Shown one piece after another: positions 1-12,200 of a stretch of DNA of 64,000 nucleotides (position 1 is the first letter of the stretch; each line of letters starts with the position of its first letter). A program made the translations under genes and the position numbers. The notes below the pieces were generated by a model. It was not told where the DNA came from, ran no database searches, and was given only the letters and a program-made list of their open reading frames with translations. Origin of the DNA: Perna viridis (Eukaryota); the NCBI GenBank assembly GCA_037379345.1, contig CM074520.1:8928001-8992000 (forward strand), in the 5' to 3' direction.

Positions 1-320
1 TTTTTGGAAAAAGGAGAGAATGATAAGATGTACATAAAATATGGATTATTTTAAAACATAAACTGATACCATAACATTATGGAGCCTGATGAATTATATA
101 TAATGCTGGTGGTATCTTTTTGCATGACTTCTCAAAACCGGCATTTTACATTGAGCAATGCTGATCAGACTTAACGAATGATCTAATTACAATTCATTCA
201 AGAAAGCAAAGCAATATATGATGGCACGAAAATGAACTAGAATATACAGGATGAAATGTACAGAAATAAACAAAACAAAAATAAATCCCTATCAGCAACT
301 GGAGGAGGATAAATACTCAC

Positions 321-1097
321 TTCAGATAATATTGACTTCCCCTTTGTTCTAAACAGTAGAAATCAAAGTGAATTACATTTGGTATGTTAACGCTATATTG
401 CTGTATAACGGTAGAATTATAGAAATTCATATCCCCTCTATCAGCTCCCTTCCACACACCTGACAAAGTCGATGGAAAATCACATGGTTGTGAATCTGAA
501 ATATATAAATGGTAAAATCGTAAAATACCGGGTTGAACAAAAAGATTTTTTCATGAGGAAGAAATGAGACATATGATATATCATTTATTATATCTTTAAA
601 GTCAGGTGTTTACATAGCTTTAGCGTGCGATATGTTTTCTTCGTTTCATTCATTTCATCAGTGGCATCAGATGGTTGAGATTCAACATGTTCATTAGTAT
701 GCTAAACCTAAACGCTTGGATGTAACGTAACACGATTCATAATGTTTGCATCCTTAGACATTTAGAAAATCCTTAAGACATCCTTAGAAAGATTATTTCT
801 ACTCTTTTTTTTTAATATTAATATCTTACTTTACTTATTGATTTGATAATGCGACAACTTTTGTAGAGAACACTTTATATATTTTTATTTACAGTGTTTG
901 TCTTTGAGGTAGTCGATAATGACAAACAAATTTCATGCTATTTTATCTTAAATTTACCCGTCGTCTTTACATTTCCTGAAGGTGTGAAAATTAAATAAAT
1001 TAGGACTTCATAACAGTCCTACCATGGAAACAATTATACTAGACTTACCTCTAATTGTAAAGAATAAGATACACAATACAATTGATACCAAGGCCAT
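321..1097 (-). CDS. Cys-rich secretory-pathway protein, paralog A (first two coding exons; gene continues beyond the left window edge)
   Basis: Exon 1049-1097 encodes a signal peptide MALVSIVLCILFFTIR (donor gtaagt, phase 1). Exon 321-495 (175 nt, tttcag/gtgagt, phase 1 to 2) encodes DSQPCDFPSTLSGVWKGADRGDMNFYNSTVIQQYSVNIPNVIHFDFYCLEQRGSQYYLK. Phases and the C..P / DFxC..YxLK motifs match paralogs B and C. Confidence 0.8.
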
Positions 1098-2825
1098 CTT
1101 CTCGAAACATCGAAAGTTAAAAGATCTAAAAAAAATATGAACTAAAGTTCATTGAATCATTGTGGTTTGTTAATATTATGTCAAAGTTACCATGGTCTTA
1201 ACATAGGGAACTGCAGGGTTATTAAACAAAAACCCATTTGTTGAAATAAACACAGAAATGTTTTAATACGATTCCCTTACTTGATTAAAACAAACGAATG
1301 TTTATTTCTTCTGACCAGTATTAAAGCTCTCACATTCTGACTGCATGAGAAGGAAAGATAACATCAAACATTTTAACAGATGTAATCATCCATTTCAAAA
1401 ATGAAATTTATAACCACCCCTTTAAATACACGTTGTCTTTGTTAAACCAGTTATCGTTGGACGTTAGTATTCACGAGAGATGGTCGTTAATTCTATATGA
1501 ATTGGTCAACCAGTTGAAATATTGTAATTTATACCAATACTTCTATTTTTGGTAAATGATGAACAATCAGTTATTTGATTTATACTCAGAAAGTAAATTA
1601 AATAATAAACATGACAATTTATTATGAAACATAAACGTATTTTTTTTTATTTCGTTAGTTGAAGAATATTGACGCTTTCATGTCCAGATTCCCTCATTGT
1701 CAATAGAGACATTAAAATGGTAATGGATTATCACGATATATGCAAATCATTGAGAAAAGGAAAAAAACAACATTACCATTTTAAAACTGCTTCCAGTCTG
1801 TTTTGAAAAAAAAAGTTGTTTTTATGAATCCGCATATTTGACATACATGTAAACAAGGTGAAGTTTTAACTAAAAAAGGATTTAGCAGAAACGTAAGTAG
1901 TTTGTGAAAACATAAATACGACTGATTTTAAATATCTTTTACTTTACAGCGTACTATTTATTTTTTAAGCTGAAGACAAGTACATAAGTTAATAAAATCT
2001 AACAAGAAAGAAAATTATTGTCAAAATACTGTAATAGATATAATACTGTTACCAAAGGGTTTTTTCAATGTAAACGTGGGCTGCATGTGGAATTATATAA
2101 TGCAAAATTTAGCTCTCGAAAAATAAACTTAGCTTGCTCATCGTACGCTATTGGTTTGTGTATTTTTGTTGTTCTTGTATAATTGTTGGACGTACAGTTG
2201 GGTATTGTTAGATGTAGCATTAGTATTGTCTGTTGTCACTTGAAAGAAGCTTTTAGGCACAGTAATACGATCTTAATCATTCACTTTCTTATAATTAATT
2301 CAAAGCTTCATTTCTACTTAGCATATTGGATGCATTAAAAATGATGGTAAAATTGAAAAGGAAATGGATACAATCTATTGAACATTATGTCTGTTACTTG
2401 CATTGACATTTTGGGGTTGCTGGGGTCAAGTGAGAGATTTATCTTTATAACTTTTAAGTGGGTTCCTTGTGACATGTTAGCTATTCTAGTTAACTGTTGA
2501 CCCGAAAGTGAATATGCTCATTGTAATGTAAACCAAAATTAGTCATTGGGACAGCAGTGAACTTTTTGCACTAATCCAGAATTCATTGTCATTGGGCATT
2601 TAAACGTTAATACTTTTACAATGTTATCTTACAGACGCTGTTTGAAAAAAAAAGCATTATTTCAAAGTATTTTATTAAATGGCTGTTTTAATTGCTTAAG
2701 CGTTAAATTGTCAATAATTTAAAAATTATATATTAAAGAGAAAACATTGAAAGCAACTATTGAGAAAGCACCATTACGTATATGTAAACACCAGAAAGTG
2801 CTAACACCGAGTGTTTATACAATAT

Positions 2826-3022
2826 TTGGGCTTTGTCTGCTGGTACGACAACATATATGTCATGTATAGTAGACAATGTTTTTGCTACATCGGGGTTTTT
2901 TGAAAACTGATGTAGCCTTGGCACTCATTGACCTACTTAAAACTTTCGTTTGTTTCAAAATTAAAGACCTCACGGCCTTTAGCACAATTACCGCTATAAC
3001 CTTGGTTCCCTTGATTACACTT
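2826..3022. mobile_element. Chimeric Penelope-like (Naiad-type) fragment: internal piece (-) joined to an inverted 3' terminus (+)
   Basis: 2826-~2980 closely matches ~6010-6170. ~2988-3022 is the family 3' end (ATTACCGCTATAACCTTGGTTCCCTTGATTACACTT) in the opposite orientation. Confidence 0.75.
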
Positions 3023-3039
3023 GCACATGCATTGAATAT

Positions 3040-4547
3040 GGTCTCACTAACCACTTCCGGGTCAAATGGCCACCCCCCTATGTAGTACCAAAAACACACT
3101 GAACCTAGACATATGCATTGTAAGTGCATTATTTGTGTGTATTATGATTAAAAGTAGTCAAAATAAAGCTGAGAATGTGTACTTTAAGATCATATATGTA
3201 ATTAACTACAAAAGTGTATGAATATTGTTTACATGTGTGAGTAATTTGCCTCCATGCTGTCAGTTAGCAGAACAGGTAAAAATGTGGATTTTCAGTATTA
3301 TTTATTCAAGTAAATTTTGTGAAGAATTTCTACTATGATCGTACCATTAGCATAATGATTTTGGAAGCCTTATTTTCCAAGCTTCGCAACGGTATGCAGC
3401 TTGAAGATGTCATTTGTCCTGGGAATTCACAGTGAGACTTTGAAAATTACTTTTTTAACATGTAAAGTAATGGAAACGTTAGAAGTGGTTAGTGAGACCA
3501 TAAATTAAATTATGGCATATTTCAGAGAAATGCATAATTTGAGGAAAATTGCCTTTCCTGGTCATTATTTCCATTTTCCCATAAAATCAGTATAGTGATA
3601 TTGGTAATCTGGCTATATTTTAAGAGGTGCATTGTGCAAGGTATTTTAAAAAACAACATAGCAACAAGATTTTTATCAGTAACAGTTACTCATAACTTGA
3701 CGTCATCCATGAAATACACAACGTCACTGCTTGGGATATTCAAAGTACTCAAATAGTCACACAGCACAGACTAAGAATCACACAGTAATGAAATAGGTAT
3801 GATATAAATTGTTGAAATCTGTTCTTTTTTCATAATGATAAATGATATTTACTATTACAACTTCTTGAATTATCATAGGTATCAATTTGGTGTGACAAGT
3901 TAGTTAAAATTGTAATTTTTTAGTAATTTAGGGAAAATATCACTGAGGGGCATGATATAAAAATGACCATTTCTTTGTAGTCCTATGTCTGATTTTGATA
4001 GTTTTGGTCTTATTAGACTCACAATACCACAAGCTTTCATAAAATGTAAAAAAAGAAAAAACATAAAAACTCATAAAATGTTTTTAAGGTCTCACTAACC
4101 ACTTCCGGGTCAAATGGCCACCCCCCTATGTAGTACCAAAAACACACTGAACCTAGACATATGCATTGTAAGTGCATTATTTGTGTGTATTATGATTAAA
4201 AGTAGTCAAAATAAAGCTGAGAATGTGTACTTTAAGATCATATATGTAATTAACTACAAAAGTGTATGAATATTGTTTACATGTGTGAGTAATTTGCCTC
4301 CATGCTGTCAGTTAGCAGAACAGGTAAAAATGTGGATTTTCAGTATTATTTATTCAAGTAAATTTTGTGAAGAATTTCTACTATGATCGTACCATTAGCA
4401 TAATGATTTTGGAAGCCTTATTTTCCAAGCTTCGCAACGGTATGCAGCTTGAAGATGTCATTTGTCCTGGGAATTCACAGTGAGACTTTGAAAATTACTT
4501 TTTTAACATGTAAAGTAATGGAAACGTTAGAAGTGGTTAGTGAGACC
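3040..4547. mobile_element. Non-autonomous composite DNA transposon, KolobokP-like: two 460-bp long terminal direct repeats around a 588-bp non-coding core
   Basis: 3040-3499 and 4088-4547 look identical. Each has its own TIRs GGTCTCACTAACCACTTC...GAAGTGGTTAGTGAGACC, GG..CC termini and AT-only 4-mer flanks (ATAT, ATAA, TTAA, TATA). The outer TSD is imperfect. Confidence 0.8.
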
Positions 4548-5087
4548 TATAGACATAATTTGTTTTGGTTATCATTCTTCCCTAATGTACAAGGCTTAAT
4601 TGAATTCTGATTGTCACACCGATTGCAGGGAAGTTCGCCTCGTCATGGTTCTCTTAGATTAGTGTGGGCGAGGCCTAAAATGCCAACAGAACGTTCATGA
4701 AAACAAATACATAAAAACTGTATTCGACACATTAAATTTGTATATGAAAACAATGATTGAGGGATAAAATTGGTGAATATTGATGCCAGCGGTAAACATG
4801 GATTAAGACGGGTAGCATGTCCTTAATTTGGACCTGTCTTAGTTTGTTTATTATAAATTAACTGTCAGAATTATTCTTGGAATAGAACAAATATATCTGC
4901 AAAACTTATTTTACACGAAACCAAAACACTTGTTTTTGTTATAATCGGAAGTATTCTAATTGTGCTATCGTTATGCCAACTGTGGTCTTTGAACTTTTTT
5001 TTTTGTTATACATCTATTGACAAAACAAACTACGCATTTGAAATACAAACATACCATTCGTATGCATTGTATAGAGCTAATTTAGAT

Positions 5088-5131
5088 ATGCTGTACACCT
5101 GTTTCAAGACGCAACCTCTCATCAGCAGCAT
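5088..5131 (-). ncRNA. Minimal type I hammerhead ribozyme
   Basis: Minus strand reads ATGCTG-CTGATGA-GAGG TTGCG TCTT-GAA-AC AGGT GT-A-CAGCAT. This gives a perfect 6-bp stem I, an intact CUGAUGA/GAAA core, a wobble-rich 4-bp stem II, a very short near-palindromic stem III and a GUA cleavage triplet (cut between 5094 and 5093). Confidence 0.75.
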
Positions 5132-5233
5132 TAGAATCAACTTTATAGGAAGATGTAAATCAAAACATAAACTGTATACAAGAAGTACATAAAACCAAAA
5201 CTATCGAAATAGGAAGCCAAATGCAACATGTGC

Positions 5234-6372
5234 AAGAGTAATCAAGGGAACCAAGGTTATAGCGGTAACCAAAAGAACGTAATTCAGGGACAAAGACCAG
5301 ACATGAGAAACAGACATACACAACAAAGAACATAAAGTAACTAAAATCATACATACAAAGTAACAAAAGTAAATGAGCAACTCGGACTCCACTAAAAACT
5401 GGGAGCAGGTGCACTGGTAGGGTAAGCGTCCTCTGCTTTTCTAGAAACACCCGCCGAGTTGCTCATAAAAAATCAAGTCCGGGGTAGACAAACGAGGAAT
5501 GGTAAACTATGATCCGTTGAATAAATCAGTTTTCATGGTGCTGATGGATACACCATAACGATCCACGAGTTCATGATGACGACCATAAAACTCCTGTAAT
5601 GATGACTTCAACCTTGTAGCAAAATAACCCTGTTCCACAATCCTATTTGTTAGAGTTCTAGTGCGATACAAAACGTCTGCGTAGTTTCGGCAAGCTCTGG
5701 CATAACGTATGAGTTGTGATATGAACACTCCATACGCAGGAGCCGAAGGGATGTTGCCACAGATGAAAGGAAAGTCGACAATTCTGACAGAAAAGTCATC
5801 ACGTTTGTCGTAAAGTTTGGTTAATAGTTTTCCTTTTCCATCGATTTCTAAGTGTAGGTCAATATATGAGGCTGACTTCACAGTGTCTGTAGTATCCTTT
5901 ATCTCAAGTTCTTTTGGGTAGATGCAATGTATCAAATCCCCCAATAATAATTATCCTCTGATAATAAACATTGGACATAAAACGTTTTGCAGACAAAAAC
6001 AATGTTGTTTTGGGCTTTGTCTGCTGGTACGACAACATATTTGTCATGTATAGTAGACAATGTTTTTGCTACATCGGGGTCTTTGAAAACTGATGTAGCC
6101 TTCCTTGGCACTCATTGACCTATCTAAAACTTTCATTCGTTTCAAAATTAAAGACCTTACGGCCTTTAACCACTCTGGCAGAGAATCAATGTCTTCTTGT
6201 TCTCGTTTTATCCATTTCCTTGCATAGTCCTCGACGGCATCCATAAGAACTTTGAAGTTATAATTCCAATTTATGGAGCGTGGTTCACGATACTTGGGAC
6301 TTTTAGAAAGGATATTACGCAGAGATTCGTTTTCGATAATGGTTAAATCTCCCGTAACGACGTGACCAGAAT
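5234..6372 (-). mobile_element. Penelope-like retroelement (Naiad-type, RT at C-terminus), 5'-truncated and internally deleted
   Basis: ORF 6044-6376 has GHVVTGDL..LRNILSKxPKYREP..INW, followed by a frameshifted VVPADKAQNNI. ORF 5507-5944 has [49 protein letters not shown] and stops with no C-terminal GIY-YIG. The RT core is deleted near 5945-5990. Structured 3' UTR at 5234-5506. Confidence 0.85.
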
Positions 6373-6709
6373 ACAAGGATTGAAAATAATCTATGTTTCA
6401 TGTGTTCAGGAAATCAGGACTATTGCAGTACCGGCTGCTCTGATGGTGCAATATCGATTTTCCCAGATTTTTTTTGGTCTTGTCTTGAGTATGGATCGGA
6501 TTAATGTTTGGTAATTTTGTTGTTACCCTTATTCACGTTAAGGCCGTGATTTAGGATTTCGACGCATTTGAAACACCCTAATATGACGTTTTGGTATTTT
6601 TAACCGATATGTACCTAAGTGTTTCACGTATTTTACATATTTTGAAATTTGTAATACTGCAAATTTGGATAATTATGTCAAATAAAATCTTTCGGGGTCA
6701 GTCAAGTCC

Positions 6710-6900
6710 GACTGCTGGGTTGGTGAATATCTTTGAGGACCCTTAGTTCACAAGCATTACTGATTACTCTATATATATATGTAATTGAAACACCCCACTA
6801 TTGACGCTTCGGTATTTTTTTTACCGATGTCTGACCACTGGGTTGATGAATATCTTCGAGGACCTTTAGTCTACAAGCATTACTAATTATATATATTTGT
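6710..6900. repeat. Degenerate two-copy repeat (~123-bp spacing)
   Basis: GACTGCTGGGTTGGTGAATATCTTTGAGGACCCTTAG..CAAGCATTACT at 6710 recurs with substitutions at 6833. Both copies end in (TA)n. Confidence 0.6.
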
Positions 6901-8379
6901 TTGATCACCATCCGTTTAGTGTCCTTCATTTTATAGTTCTTTTCTCTTCTGTGATTTTTTTATTCGTTCAGTCTCTAAAACAGTTACATGTAGTGAGAGG
7001 GGCCTATTATATCGCCCTGAAATGCATGTTGATTGGTTTACTATTTGAAAGATAGATTTAACGTTCTATGACAGATGTTTCATATATTTAAGAATGAAAA
7101 CGCTTGATCAATTGCATAACCCTACATTTTACTAGCTTGACCTGCTAAGCTAGACTATCATTGTTTCAAGACTGTAAATTACAAATTTAAAATGGAGGCT
7201 TGTGATCACGCAAAACAGTATTTTAACCCCGTCGCATTTTTTGCACCTGTCCCAAGTCAGGAATTTTTAGCCTTTCTATGTATTGTCTGGTTTTCACTTT
7301 CAGTTTACTTTTAGCTTCCTGGTGTATATAGGAGAAACGATTTTGCTGTACCTGTGTATAATTTTGTTTTGGGGGTCAACTGCAGCCTGCCCTGTAGTTT
7401 GAGGTTTTCCCCGTCGTTCATTGAAGACCCATGGTTGCCTTGAGATATTTGTCAGCCCAACAAAATGGTTGTCTCTTTAAAATATTCACTATATTTCCAT
7501 TATCGTTATGCATTATGCTTTTAACGTAGGAATAAGTTAGACGAATAGTAATCGTTTTGCGTCTTTTTTTTTAAATATTCTCTTTTAATCGAGGTTTTTT
7601 TTCCAGAATATCAATACGCGCACATTATTTTAACTTTGATCGTTTTGTGTATATTTCTGATCCTAATGTGAAGTTTAGTAAATGATGTAAAAGAGATGTT
7701 TTGGTTGACACAAAAGCCCAGAATGGTCGATTAAAGGGTCAGAAACGATTGTTTTATTGTATATTATCAATCCTTATGAAAAGGAAATCAAGGAAACTAG
7801 GATTTAAATTTAAAAGTACAAGCTGACTGCTTCTGTGGGCAAAAATGAAATAAAAAGATGTAGATATAAAAGCAAATATTAAGATCCATACGATAAAAAC
7901 TTTTTTTATATTGTATTTCACAAGCATTTTTGTAGTTTGTGAAGCACACGAAAAAAAATATGGCAAATGAAAAGATGAACTCAATGCTGTATAAGTTTGT
8001 TTCGATATTGTCCATGTCAAGTTTTTAATTTTCACTATGTCCAGTTTCAGATAACACTGATATCTTGGCATGCAATATTTCAACCTCGCATCATATATAT
8101 ATGCACCCTTGTATTAACATTCTATGTATTTACATAGTAATGGGAATAGAAGTAAGGTGGGGGGGGGGTTGAATTCCCACATCCCATTAGACATCTTACA
8201 TGTGTTATATGCTACTGCTCTACTGCCTCATCAGATACCATCAGACGTCCTTTCCAGTTACATCATAAGCTTATGTCCGCACTCTAGATTTACGTACGAG
8301 AAAGTATTACTCTGTTAATGAAAGCTATATTTTATATAGCCTAGTTGGCTGAGTGGTCTATAGCGTTCCCCTTTAATCT

Positions 8380-8510
8380 CGAGAGGATTACAAGATTTTT
8401 CTACTCGAGATAATTAAAATTAATTTTAAATTTCAACTCACGAACTTTAACGAGTGGGTTAAATCTAAAATGTATCTATCGAGAGTGGAGAAATCCTGTA
8501 ATCCCCGAAG
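8380..8510. repeat. Long imperfect palindrome, probably part of a non-autonomous DNA element
   Basis: GGATTACAAGATTTTTCTACTCGAGATA ... TATCGAGAGTGGAGAAATCCTGTAATCC are inverted arms. Confidence 0.55.
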
Positions 8511-9230
8511 GAATTGGAGGAGAATTTGTTTCTCCCATAAAACCTTTAAAAACTAGTAAATGTAAGATGGCAGGAATACTCTCGGAGAAATTTAATCACC
8601 TTTTGGTGGTTAAACAGTTACGTGCATTTTTAATCATCGGCGGAGAATGAGAGAAAGAATTTAATATACCGTCAAAAAATTGATGATACACCTAAAACTA
8701 ATAAAATGTGTTGTAACAACAAATGAATCGTGTGAAAAGTCGTTTGGTCATAGTAGAAGCTTAACTTCACAACTTGAGTTCGCAATATCACTTCTTTGTA
8801 GAGGACAAAGTCCTCACAATGGTAACCAATACAAAAAACCCTTTTAACCTTAGAAGTACTATGAGCCTGATTTCAGTCTGACAGGAACTTGTAATACCAA
8901 GGGTAATACAAAGCAAGGATTCATGTTTTTAGTTTCGTATCTTTAACAACATTAGGTGCATATAGCTTTAACTTATGCAGAAAATATAAATCGTAGTTGA
9001 TGTAAAATTGTTAAAAACATTTTATAAAGATATCAAAATTCATGTTTGTATCCAACTTTTTCCTCTTACTGGTTACATCTACCTCATATTAAACACTTAT
9101 TTACTATAATCAAACAACACAAATATATTAATATAACATCACTTTTCCGGCATTCACATACATAGACTTCCTATACAAACTATCTCCTATTTTTTTATGT
9201 TCACACACTTCCGAAAAAAAAATGACGAGG

Positions 9231-12200
9231 TCACCTTTCATCGTTGTTTTCAAATAGTCCCGAATCGCTGACACTGATCTGGGTATAGCTTCGGTGTATT
9301 CCTCCGCTCATATAGTCATCAAGGGTGTCCCTGTATAACGGTTTGATGTTTGGAATTGTCATTACACCAGCTGGTTTTTGTTCCAGGAATATAGCACTCA
9401 ACATTGTAAATTCATCCACGGGTTTCTTTGGTCTGAATAATGAACTCATATTAAAATCGGGTGGTTGCACTATTGGTCCGTTAAATCTTGCACGTCCAAC
9501 CTTTTCACCTTTGCTAACATCAATTTCTGTGGGAAGTCTTGGGGAAAGACGTTTCTTCTTAAATTTTGGTAACTTAATTTTTGGCCGTTTAATATGTTTA
9601 CATATACAACCATATTTTTTGTAGCACCACATGAACATGCAAATTATCCAGATTAGGAGAGGAATGAAAAACAGAGCACCAATTGTGTAGTATAGCCAGG
9701 ACAAGCTAACAGGTTCTTCTGGTGTGGCTAAGAATTCAATGTTAAGAAATAAAAGTAAAAAGTGAGATTCACGCTGGAAAATGCTTAGATTTTTTTCATC
9801 AGCAATGCAAAAATTGGCAAATGAAGAGTGTACTTAAGTGCTCGTTTTAATTCATATGAATGTTTATTTGACTTCTCATGATTACACATCGATGAAAGGA
9901 AATCCTTCTATATAATTGTTAATTGTGTAAGGTGATATTTTAAACACACGATAGACTCTGAAATCGACAACAGTAAAATTATAAACTTTAAACATCGACA
10001 AAACAACATTTGTGTTGCGTTAAACACAACAAATTAAAAAAGGTATAATTTGATATTTATAACAAACATACAACGTACCTGGTACAGTGTCTAAACATGT
10101 CTCTGAAAAAGAAGTGATTGTTCACAAAAATCAAAGGCTATCATTGATACTATCAATAAGTTACTGTTCAATCAAATAAATTACTTTCTTGTCTAAACTA
10201 GCTAAGACATTAAAATTGAAGTAAAAGAATGCGTAATTGTATTATTTTAGAACTTTCTATCATAATGTCACTTTTACTTTTATTGTTAGAAATTCATATA
10301 TATATGACAAAGTGTGCGTGGAAGAGATATCAAGTTTGTATAACGGCATTTTGACCCTAATATACTTTTCCGGTCATACCATATATATTCCAGATAACAT
10401 AAGAGACACCATTTGCTCCGGGGTTTGTAGCGGTAGTTGCAACTTCACATATGTTAGGTGTTTCCGTTGCATAAACTACAGAACCTTCCTTTCTAAAAGC
10501 CTGCCAAAATGAATGAGATAGTTGGTTATGTTTATATCAATACACAGATAAATTAATAAAATTACAAACCATTCAAATTAAAAATAATCATCGTGGAAGC
10601 CTTGTTTTTTTTTTGTTTTTGCTTTTTTTGTTGAAATGATAAATCTGAAAAAAATATTGTATTTCCCATCCACTGACTTTTGGGTGATGAATTTCACATG
10701 GACGTGATGAAATTTGTTTCTGATGGAATCAGGTCAATGTTACGTCATCCTGAGTATTTTTTTCGGTAATTTTTTTTATTTAAAAGAAAGGAAAATAAAA
10801 TACTATATAGTGATATTATTGTACTTAAATAATCATAATTCATAGTAATAAGTTCGCACAAAAAGACGTACCAAACAAGAATACCGAAACGTGTTTGTTT
10901 CATCCACATTCAGGTCTTGATTCCATAGACCTAAATAGGACGATGATCCCACAGTTGTAGAAAATAAACAACTGTAGTTACCAGTACCTGAAACATATGT
11001 TGTTCTAATAACATATAATAAAACAACTCGATACAACATATGAAAAAAAAAACAAATAAAAACGAACAGAAAAAAAAAAACAAAACAAAAGTGTCAATAT
11101 GGGTGTATTAAGATGAATCAAAATCAATTACTTTAAACATGCTAACTTCGAATATTAGGTTCTTGCTATATTTAGTATAGAAACATGGTCGATTATACGT
11201 TTTATAACAGCCTTACTTGAGAGTTGCTTTGCTGGAGCCGGACACGAATCATTATAATTGAAACTGACCATGGACCTGTCGGCACAAACATCCACTCGCC
11301 CACCATCACAGTTTTGTGTAGAACCAGCACCAGATGTTACATTGAAACTAAGAAATACTGCCAGTAAGTCATCGGGACATCGTTCATTCAGTAAACCATC
11401 ATTGAATGCATCTTTATGGAAAAGTAATAAAAATGAATTAATTGTACTAGTATACAGATATTATTCTTAAAACTCATATTCTTAAGCTTAATACAAAATA
11501 TCTTTCAAAATTAGTAATTCTAAATTTTATCAAACTGTTGGTAGTTCATTCATTGTTGAAAGCTAAATTTGGTTAAATTCCTTGTTAATATCATGGGATA
11601 AACTTGATCAGTTGACTATTTTAAAACAATTATCAGGCCAATAGAAACTATAATTTATTCTCTTCGAATATTTATATAGCATCACCTCCCTTTACTAGCA
11701 TGACAAAAGTCTGTTTTTCATAAGGATATGGACGGTTACATGCGTCTTCAAAAGTACCACTATTACCAGTGGAATCTCCGTAAAGGTGGTCCTGTGCTAT
11801 AGCATGGTATTCTGCAAGAAGTAACCATATCATCATTTAGTAGAAGATTGATATGTCAAGAAACGACACTGATCATGGGACTATGAAAAGCAAATACAAA
11901 TACTATAAAATATAAAATTCCTATTCCAAAATTATTTTCTGGATTAAAAATAATGAGCTTAAGATTTCAATGTAGATACTTCGTAAAGTGCAACGCAAAA
12001 ATGCTCTTTATATCTTCTTTTTTAGACAAAAGATGTTTTACTGGTTTTGTCGTCGTATACAAACCTGTTCCAAGATAATAATAATACGTGTAGTTATTCA
12101 CTTTGAATAGCTCGATGCACATATAAAACTTTGTAATCACATTAAAGATGTTCGGCTCTTTCACCATTCTGAAATATATGATAAAATGTTAATGCTAGTA

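Noticed and set aside
640-666. CTGATGA..GAAAC on the minus strand (hammerhead-like)
   Set aside because: No stem III/NUH triplet and no stem I complement.
5160-5450. Recurrent ORFs [15 protein letters not shown].. / [12 protein letters not shown].. (also at 13937, 27210, 35869, 36321)
   Set aside because: They are translations of the Naiad 3' UTR repeat. Frames and stops differ between copies, so this is not a gene family.
6710-6900. Repeat reminiscent of decayed ribozyme-bearing repeats
   Set aside because: The catalytic core (CTGA.GA, GAAA) is absent in both copies; reported only as a repeat.
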